Shown: piece by piece, positions 10,101 through 17,600 of the stretch
Layout of the letters: every line of letters begins with the position of its first letter
How positions within the stretch are numbered: the stretch's first letter is position 1
Virus record (IMG/VR): IMGVR_UViG_3300035070_002308
Location: 1-29,548 of that record
DNA from: a virus
Lineage: Duplodnaviria; Caudoviricetes
Length of the DNA stretch: 29,548 nt
Direction: 5' to 3' (one strand)
Made by a program: the position numbers and the translations under genes
The notes under the pieces: model-generated
Seen by the model: the letters and a program-made list of their open reading frames with translations, nothing else
Told to the model about the DNA's origin: nothing
Database searches by the model: none

Positions 10101-10926
10101 AAATAGTAAATTTGTGCAAACAATGACTATGAATGAGTTTGATGCTAAAAACACAGCTATCTTACAGAATGCGACTAACCAAGCCTCTATGGATTTGTCA
10201 AACGCAGATAACCGCACTAAGGTCTCTGTACAGAACGCTTCAAACTTTCTACAGATGGACTTAGCTAATATGTCTAATGAGCAGCAAGTAGAAATTTTAA
10301 ATTCTCAACAGGATCACCAAACTTTATTATCTGATACGGCAGCAGCAAACGCTACAGCACAGTTTAATGCTGAGAGCACGATGCAAACAGATCAGTTCAT
10401 GGCTACGCTAGGTACTCAGATAGATCAATACAACGCCACTGCTACTTCATCAATGGCTAAGTTTAACGTAGAACAAGAAAACAAAATTAACGCTGAAAAT
10501 GCAGGCAATCAATTACAAGCTACTATTGCTAATGCTACACTAGCGTCTGACACAGAGCAGTTTAATTTAAACATGGTTAACCAACGTGAGCAGTGGAACG
10601 CCGCCAACGCACAGACTATACAGCAAGGAGATTTAACTTGGCGTAGAAATGCAAACACTGTGGACACAGCAGCTATTAATGATGCTAATCGTCAAAACGT
10701 AGCAAATGCCTTTGCAATGAATCAACAAATACAAGCGCAGTTGTGGCAGGAACTCAAAGATGAAGCTACTTTTGCAAACAATAACTTTGAAAATAATCAA
10801 AGTAGAATAGTTCAAATCGTTACTGCAAGCATGGCAGCCGATACATCTTATGCGGCTTCTGGTGGGTCGCCAGCAATGAGCCTTGTAGAAACTTTAGACG
10901 CTGTCGGTTTAGGTCAAGAACAATAG
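7108..10926 (+). CDS. Putative internal virion / DNA-ejection protein, long Q/N/A-rich coiled coil (1272 aa)
   Basis: Basic N-terminus, acidic low-complexity region, AQRGLSSSSIG motif, then LAN/QFN-type heptad-like repeats typical of podoviral DNA-transfer proteins; ATGA-coupled to the GT gene. Confidence 0.65.
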   Translation: MSKKRSQRNTKKFLKGLKAKRQKFYYGGYGGGGGGMGPAGFSQQNQHNYWTGQQGGLGVFEYSMLEGLTASERTAMLQKYDMPLPSLQGNFTEPSGSTTTDETTETTNTTETTEPEVAVIESFPEADNTADLTSGYIDLNIKPPTQAELDDLTGPTLGQKVWNATKGIVKATLTGAALGALAGGYYDISKNMMAKLLAKEAFKGAVIDEATGALMDAATGLPIVGPALTIIREAQDNFTLGNTYDIFMGDSDTFIPDTSGTTTNTNIGYDSAGNIQLGSGTAWAGTVSNGAGTAASDNPIVTGGTVHESTGTVLPEEKEIEDLEVTEDEIDSTTDSTTYDNSELGQVLSGLNLGGTNGDNGMTIDIGLTQEAKNKALAGGDNPVAPVLLTDKTLVTSEDDIQELGAMTQATAPTVEASDLEAVDAAQAATVQQAKTVDAQTVDTISADQVKQQKAADAFNLTPEAAAFKEASDAHMANPERAAIAKAYEEAGAAGDEGAIAKAEADLKAFDEGFIEQARTYQNKQREFMSTYGDAKVVTGAISEDSTAVSTDATMTTEATVADRNTEAEQAALAQNVGFDVSTKSTVDPVTGEKIIVAATPAAEAAQRNAITDDTFTPMEAAQITEVLGYDITTTRAVQGEAAVGVASEMLAEVGDLPPEITAAIVEDAEKVIAQLDNEPVEVRAAIAALPKEALMSSQMESLLGSLEEDKVPAWARPAVDSVNNMLAQRGLSSSSIGRDSLFNAIIQSALPIAENNANALQKRAAQNLDNEQQANITTATLDMNRRLANLANQQTAVSQTAQMANDMKKLQSSFTQEAVISTAAQEQQIRVQNLENRQRTAEQNNRNRQETMALNLGNEQQMTLANLEFQAASDRDNMTADNQRKLAEMNVAAEFLSKNAELKNSMDIANMSADSQMKLANLKAQNDASSDNLTAAQQTELANLEATLKTNLTQADIASTMGVAQLNADQQRAVVNAQTNANIDLAKFDAASQVELVNSKFVQTMTMNEFDAKNTAILQNATNQASMDLSNADNRTKVSVQNASNFLQMDLANMSNEQQVEILNSQQDHQTLLSDTAAANATAQFNAESTMQTDQFMATLGTQIDQYNATATSSMAKFNVEQENKINAENAGNQLQATIANATLASDTEQFNLNMVNQREQWNAANAQTIQQGDLTWRRNANTVDTAAINDANRQNVANAFAMNQQIQAQLWQELKDEATFANNNFENNQSRIVQIVTASMAADTSYAASGGSPAMSLVETLDAVGLGQEQ
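7411..7449 (+). repeat. 9-bp tandem repeat (GAAACAACT, ~4.3 copies, one degenerate) encoding ETT/NTT
   Basis: gaaacaact gaaacaact aacacaact gaaacaact gaa. Confidence 0.8.
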
Positions 10927-10958
10927 TCAAACAATAATTAATAAAGGGGTACAAAATA

Positions 10959-12050
10959 GTGTTGGATTTCTTAAAGTTAGCAACAAGCGGTTACGGTGTA
11001 GTTAAAGATGGTTTAACTGCAATTGGTAAAGTAAGTAAAGATATAGGTATAGACATAGTTACGCAAGCAAGAGACACTGCGCTATTTATGGGTGAGGTAG
11101 CGGTGGGCGGGGCTTTAGGGGTGATGAATGCACTGCCGGGAGTAGGAGCTGCGTTGGCTGATGGGCTTGTAGCTACTACTAGCGCTATCTTCGGGGAGGA
11201 CAGCGTTATAACTACAGGCGTTCAAGCTTTAATGGATTTTACAGGTAGGGTAGTCACAACAGGCGCTAACACTTTCACAAACATAACTAAAGGTGTTGTT
11301 GAAACTGTCACTGCTTTTTCTAAAACAGCCGCTAAAAAAATGGGCTTTGACGTTAAAGGTGCATCGGCTAATTTCTTTGGTGACAACTCTGCTTTCAGTA
11401 AAAGCTTTGGAGACACATCAAGATTTGCTAACTTAACTAAAAGTCAATCAGATATTGATGCGTTAACTTCTGCATTTAATTCTGTAGCTGACGCTGATCC
11501 AGTCGTGAACTTTGAGCCTTTCAAGTTTGACGATTACTCTAAATCTTCAAGTCTTTCAGATAACGTTGGTCAAGTAATTGCTGAGCCTGTGAACTTCGAC
11601 CGCACGTTAGGTTTAGGTGAAGAAACACTAGGTCAGGCTGTAGGGTTAGATAAAGTAGCTAGTCCTAGCTTACTTCAAAAAGGCTACGAAGGTACTAAAA
11701 ACGCTCTTGTTAAAGGCGCAAAAGCGGGTAAAAATAAAGCTATAGAGATAGTTACTGAGGCCCCTACAACCATAGCAACAGAGTATGTAAAAGCTGAGTT
11801 AAATAAAGCAATCTTTGGTGAAGAAGAGTTTGAGCCTGTTAACTATGGTGCTCAAGGAAACCGATACGCAGGGTTTGACGGTAGCAACATAGCACGAACA
11901 GGGACTATTCAGTCTTATTCTCAACCTGTAAATCCAGCCCGTTTTACTTCATCATGGCAGCCAAGCCAAGGCAACTGGGGCTATAACGCAACCCAGTCAA
12001 ACATGTACGGTCAGCGGATGGCACAATTATATAACCCTCAAAAAGTATAG
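10959..12050 (+). CDS. Putative internal virion (pilot-like) protein
   Basis: GTG start behind AAGGGGT. Gly/Ala-rich hydrophobic stretch (GEVAVGGALGVMNALPGVGAALA); position within the ejection-protein block. Confidence 0.55.
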   Translation: MLDFLKLATSGYGVVKDGLTAIGKVSKDIGIDIVTQARDTALFMGEVAVGGALGVMNALPGVGAALADGLVATTSAIFGEDSVITTGVQALMDFTGRVVTTGANTFTNITKGVVETVTAFSKTAAKKMGFDVKGASANFFGDNSAFSKSFGDTSRFANLTKSQSDIDALTSAFNSVADADPVVNFEPFKFDDYSKSSSLSDNVGQVIAEPVNFDRTLGLGEETLGQAVGLDKVASPSLLQKGYEGTKNALVKGAKAGKNKAIEIVTEAPTTIATEYVKAELNKAIFGEEEFEPVNYGAQGNRYAGFDGSNIARTGTIQSYSQPVNPARFTSSWQPSQGNWGYNATQSNMYGQRMAQLYNPQKV

Positions 12051-12062
12051 GTAGGTATTAAA

Positions 12063-12737
12063 ATGTCTGATCTTCAAAAACAAATAGAAAAACAAGCTGG
12101 GTCTAGAAAAAGAGCAATTCCCGGATCGTCATATACTAATGATCCAAAGAATCCCGCTCCTTTTGAACAAGCTCCAAAGTTTGTAGATGTACACGAAGCG
12201 TCTGAGTTTGTATGGGTAAAACTAATTCAACCAAAAGCTTATGTTGCAATGATGCAAACTATAGACCAAGGTGTTCCTATTATGGACATCACTCAAGCTC
12301 TTCTAACTGATGGGTTTCAGAAAGGGATGTGGAACCCAGATCTAATGTTAATGCTTATCGAACCTACTGCTTACATGCTTATTGCTTTAGCAGAAAGAGC
12401 AGGGATTGAAATGGTTGTATATAGAGGACAGCTAGATGACGCAGATGAAACTGAAGAAATACTTGGTGTAAGTTTTGAAGAAGAAAAAATCAGAGATATG
12501 GTGCAGTCTTCAAAGTCTGGTAGTGTCCCCGCAAATATTGTGACCCCTACAATGTTAGAAGAACTGGAAAGCTTACCAGATACAGAAAGTATTTTAGCTG
12601 CACCAGCTCCCGAAGCTGCGCCAGCCACTGAAGCTGCACCAGCTCCCGAAGCTGCACCAGCCACTGAAGCTGCACCAGCCACTGAAGCTGCGCCAGCTCC
12701 CGAACAAGAAAGTCTAATGGCCCCTCCACAAGCTTAA
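12063..12737 (+). CDS. Phage virion-module protein with Ala/Pro repeat tail
   Basis: Globular N-terminal part (IPGSSYTNDP...PFEQAP, GFQKGMWNPDLMLMLIEP) followed by a low-complexity tail. Confidence 0.7.
   Translation: MSDLQKQIEKQAGSRKRAIPGSSYTNDPKNPAPFEQAPKFVDVHEASEFVWVKLIQPKAYVAMMQTIDQGVPIMDITQALLTDGFQKGMWNPDLMLMLIEPTAYMLIALAERAGIEMVVYRGQLDDADETEEILGVSFEEEKIRDMVQSSKSGSVPANIVTPTMLEELESLPDTESILAAPAPEAAPATEAAPAPEAAPATEAAPATEAAPAPEQESLMAPPQA
12597..12704 (+). repeat. 18-bp tandem repeat x6 encoding AAPA(P/T)E
   Basis: Units gctgc(a/g)ccagctcccgaa and gctgc(a/g)ccagccactgaa; six copies read directly. Confidence 0.95.
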
Positions 12738-12749
12738 AGGTATAAAATA

Positions 12750-14603
12750 ATGAGTGAACGAAAAGATATTACACAATTTGCTACATCAATGCTTGCTGGT
12801 AGCCGTCAACGCCGTGACGACATGTATCAAAGATCTGTAGATGATAGAGATCGTCAAGCCTCGGAAGCACGTAAGCGAGAAAGAAAACAACTCTTGTACG
12901 GATACGGTGCAAAGGCTGTGCTGTCTATTGGTAACTCTATGGTTAGATCAGCCACAGAAAACTTCTTGAATCAAGAGCCAGTGCTTCAAAAGAACATTCA
13001 GTTTAAGTCGGCTGTGCAAGGAGCTACTGGACGGATGAACGATAGACAACAGGCGCTTGTTTTCGAGGGTGGCGAGGAAGAGTTCTGGAGACAGAAAGCC
13101 GCTGCTGAGTTAACGACTTCTTTTAATAGAGCGGTTCCAGAATCATATAATGCTACTCAACGTGAGCAGTTGCTCTATAATGAAACTATGAAGGCTGGTA
13201 AGGAACTTAAAAAACTATACAACTCGTCAGCCGATCAAGATAAACTGTTACTAGAGCGTGTAGGCACAGATGGTGCTGACGCATATACTAAGGCTTTAAC
13301 TGCTAGTCGAGGTACAGATGTCGGCAGCGCCATTATGCGTAAGTTTAAAGGTTTGTTTAGACAAGATGGAGATCCTTTAGATAACAGTGTCAAAGCTAAT
13401 GAGCTGTTTAAAAGCTCAGAGAACGTAGCGGCCTATGGAGAGTTGCGTCGAGTTGGGTTATCGCCATTTAAGTCTGAAGAGAAAATAAAAGAATGGTCTA
13501 AAGAAGCAGGCGGGATGAGTGTTGGAATTGTAAGCAACGAACTTGTCGATATAAAAACCTCAGTAGGTTCTAAGTTTGGTGAGCCTAAAGCAGTTACTCA
13601 GAGCTTCAGAGAAATTAAATTAGCTGATGGAACAGTTAAAATTATGTCTATAGACACTGGGAGTGAAGTAACTCCTACTGATTTAACTTATGTTGAAACA
13701 GCCGCTAAACTTATTAAAAATTATCCTGATCAGGTAGAGCAGAATAAAGTTGCGGTAGCTCAAGTTTTAACTGTAGATCAAAGAGATATATTGGGTAAAT
13801 ATAATTCACTCCTTGTTCAAGATGCTACCGACGAAGACAGGGTTAAAGCTGTTGCCAATAATCAATATGCAAAAATAATGATTACTCAAGATTCTTTAAC
13901 CGAGCTAGGTTTACGTCCAAAACAATCTCAGGAACTAGCAGCCGTAATGCACGTAATAAATACAGAAGGCATGTTAGATGAGGCGGGTTGGGGTACATCT
14001 ATAAGAGAAGAGCATAATCTTTTAACAGACTCAAAAGGCTACCATCCTCTAGTAGCTTACATGGCTGCAACAGATATTGAAGACGGTGGTACATCTTCTA
14101 TTTCTTTTAATGATAATGTTAAAAGAGGCTTCTTAACTGATTACGCTCAGAATAGCGCTTTCTATGATTCTAAATTAAGTACGCAAGCGAGATCAAGAGT
14201 TCGAACAATGCTCGGCGACAGACCAGAAGCTGCTCTAGCGTTAGGGAAAGCTATGGGTGTTGACAGTCCATCTGAAATTGACCTTCCTGAACCCGTAACA
14301 GCAAAACCTTCTATTCCAGATGACGTTGTAAAAGAATGGAGAAACTCTCTACCTCGACAAGAGAAATTAAAATTAAATCGTTTGTCTTTAGATGAAGTAA
14401 GAGAAAGGTTTAGCGTTGATATAAAAGCTGCATCTGCTCCTACACAAGTGTCACCAGCACAAAACTTAAAATCTTGGATAAACTCTCAACCTAAAAGCAA
14501 ACAGATGCCACTACGCCGTAAGCCTATGGACATCTTACAAGATGAATATAAAGAAGAACTAGAAAAGTTTGCCCGCTCTAAAAACACATTCATCAACGTT
14601 TGA
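12750..14603 (+). CDS. Putative internal virion protein (617 aa)
   Basis: Long helical, charged ORF between other putative ejection proteins; no recognised catalytic motif. Confidence 0.55.
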   Translation: MSERKDITQFATSMLAGSRQRRDDMYQRSVDDRDRQASEARKRERKQLLYGYGAKAVLSIGNSMVRSATENFLNQEPVLQKNIQFKSAVQGATGRMNDRQQALVFEGGEEEFWRQKAAAELTTSFNRAVPESYNATQREQLLYNETMKAGKELKKLYNSSADQDKLLLERVGTDGADAYTKALTASRGTDVGSAIMRKFKGLFRQDGDPLDNSVKANELFKSSENVAAYGELRRVGLSPFKSEEKIKEWSKEAGGMSVGIVSNELVDIKTSVGSKFGEPKAVTQSFREIKLADGTVKIMSIDTGSEVTPTDLTYVETAAKLIKNYPDQVEQNKVAVAQVLTVDQRDILGKYNSLLVQDATDEDRVKAVANNQYAKIMITQDSLTELGLRPKQSQELAAVMHVINTEGMLDEAGWGTSIREEHNLLTDSKGYHPLVAYMAATDIEDGGTSSISFNDNVKRGFLTDYAQNSAFYDSKLSTQARSRVRTMLGDRPEAALALGKAMGVDSPSEIDLPEPVTAKPSIPDDVVKEWRNSLPRQEKLKLNRLSLDEVRERFSVDIKAASAPTQVSPAQNLKSWINSQPKSKQMPLRRKPMDILQDEYKEELEKFARSKNTFINV

Positions 14604-14614
14604 GGAAAGAATTA

Positions 14615-17600
14615 ATGTCAGATACACTACTAAGTAGAATGGAACAGATGCACTCTGGTTTAGATAACTATGAGGGTGAGACTATAGAGCCTTTATTATC
14701 TGAGGAAGAAATAAATAGAGTAACCTCCTACAAGCGTCCAACTGTAACTAACTTTGAAAATGATGCTGAAGTCGTTAGAGATTATGATATTTTAACTTCT
14801 TACTTAGGTGATCATCAAGACTTTGCAACTAAAATGCTCGACAGTGATTCAGGCCCTGCTGAGTTTTTGCGTGATGATTTTATGCGTATTACTTCTGTAG
14901 CTGGTAAATCTAGTGCTATGGCAGACGCACCTGAAGATGTTAAACGAGCTTATAGAGATCTTAGAGCTAAGTGGGAAGACACTGAAGTTACAGGGACAAA
15001 AGAAACGCTTGACGCTGCTAAAGACTACGGCATGGACGTACTAGCTAACTTTGAAACATTGCCTGCTGTTTTGTCTGTAGTCTTCGGCAACGTAGGAGGC
15101 GCTGCGGCTAGTGCTTCTGTACGTACTGGAGCTAAAGCAGCCCTCGCTAAAGTCTTAGCAAAGTCAGCAGCTAACCCAGTTAAAAGCGCAGCAGCTTACA
15201 CAGGCGCTATTACAGGTATGCAAGACTTGGCAGTTCAAGACTTAGAGATTGAAATTGGCGAACGTAAAGGTGGCATTAATGTAGGCCAAGCAGCTATGGC
15301 GGCTGGGTCAGGTGCATTAATGGGTGGCGCTCTTTCATACGGTATAGGTAAAGTGGCTAGTAAGTATGCGACTAAAAGACTTACTGACGATTTAGAAAAA
15401 GCGCCTGTAATGAGTGAAAGTAAAGGTATGGCTTTGTTTGATGAAGGCATCGACGGTGAATGGATACCGGCTAGTGGTAGTAAAGTTGTTAACGCTGCTG
15501 ATCGTTTACTAGAAGGCCCTGAAGGGTCTGTGGTAAACATGAAAGACGTGGATGTAGATAATGTTGTTAACGATTTTGTAAACGACATAGGTGGTGGTGA
15601 TGCAACTAAAGAAGAATTTAAATCGGTAGTAACTGGGGCGTTAAACTCTGGCGCTACTGGCGAACAGATTAAAAATAAATTAGCTTTCAGTGTCTGGCAG
15701 TTTACTACAGACTTAACAGGTAATTTGTTTGGTAAAAGTGCTGGAGTCTTAACTCCATATACTAAGTTCTCTAAAACAGCTAAGACTTTGCAAACACGTT
15801 TAAGTCATGAGTTTGCAGAAGGATTTGGAAAAACTAAAAAACGTATTGGTATGGATTTAAGCGAAGCTCAAGCACGATACACTGGTGAGTTCAATACACA
15901 ATACTTAAAAATTGTAGAGCCTTTAGCTTTAAATACAATTAAAGGTGATGTCTCAGACAAGGTTAACGATCTACTAAACCAAGCTATTCGTGGAGACTTT
16001 AAAGGCGTACCAAAAGAAATAGGTATTGCAGCTAAACAGATTCAAGGTCTATATAAAACTATAGGTGATCAATTATACTCTGAAGGCGTTATAGCTAATA
16101 AAATAGAAAACTATATCCCCCGTATGTGGAATAGAAAAGCTATTGAATCTGATCCTGAAAGATTTGAATCGCTACTCATGAAATCTGGTGAAGCTAAAAA
16201 TGCAGCCGAAGCTAAACGAATTACAGAGAGCATGTTAGATATTGAAAATCAACTCGACGGTGGTTCAGGCGGTCAGTTCTTCGCCGCTAAACGTAAGTTT
16301 ACATTTAAAGATGATTCTGTATTTACAGATTTTTTAAATACTGATTTAATTGGCATGACTGCGGATTATAACTATCAAGCTGGTAAAGCTCTGGCTAAAA
16401 AGAAAGTATTGATGGCTTCCAATGAAAAAGAATTTATGAGTCAGTGGATTAACCCCATTGTAAAAGAAATGAAATCTGCTGGTAAGACTCTTAATAAGAA
16501 AGAGCGGGAACAGATTCGAGAGCTTTATAGATCTGCAACTGGTGAAAACATGGAGCGTTATGGTTCAAAGATGCAGACAGCAGCAGATAGCTATTCACTC
16601 GGTACACGTTTAGCTCTACTACCTTTAGCAACTATTGGTAGCTTAACAGAAGTATTTATTAACATCGGTAAAGCTGGAGTGTTAAACTCTGTTAAAGGTT
16701 TTGCTGAAGCATCTGAGTTAAGCTTTAAAAAGATGACAGGCGATTTACATTCTGAGCTAATGACCAAGAAAGGCATGACAGCTAATGAAGCTTTTAGAGA
16801 GTTAAAGAAACATAGCCTCGCAATGGAGCAAGCACAGTCTCAAGCAGGAAACCGCTTAGGTGGTGACGATTTTGCTTCAGACACTATGCAGAAAGTAAGC
16901 AATAAGTTTTTCCGTATGAACTTCCTAGACCAGTGGACTAAGTTTGTACAGACAACTTCGTATATAAGCGGTCGGAACTTGATTGAAGAAAACATAGAGA
17001 AGCTTGCAGTTCATGGCAATCAACCTGTTACACCACGCATTGAAACTTTAAGAGGTGAACTCTTAGAACTTAACATCGACCCTGATGATGGTATTGCTTG
17101 GTTTAAAGGAGGAGCTAAAAAAGAAGACGCTTTTACTGATCAAATAAATAATGGAGCTGCACGATATACTAACTCAGTAATCTTGCAGCCCTCTGCAATG
17201 TCAGGTTTAAAGCCGCTACTACACTCTAACCCTAAAACTATGATAGCTTTCCAACTATTAGGCTACCCCGCAGCATTTACAAACACAATCCTTAAAGGGG
17301 CTGCTAAAGCTGTAACAAAAGACGCAGGACGTAACGTACCTAAGTTAGCAATGGCTGGCTTGTTGATGACTGAAACAGCTCGGATGACTAATTACTACCG
17401 CAGTAATGGTAAAAGTGAAAGGGACACCACGCCTACAGAGGCTCGTCTTTCAGCTATAAAGCGTTGGGGCGGTAACGGCATGTTGTTTGATAACTTACAA
17501 CGGGCTAGTGATGCTGCAAAGTATTCAGGCACGATAACCGGATATGCTACTGCACCTTTTGGGCCTATAGCTACTGACGCTTTAGGTTTAGCTTACGGTA

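Noticed and set aside
12597-12704. Tandem repeat as a CRISPR array
   Set aside because: Contiguous in-frame 18-bp units with no unique spacers.
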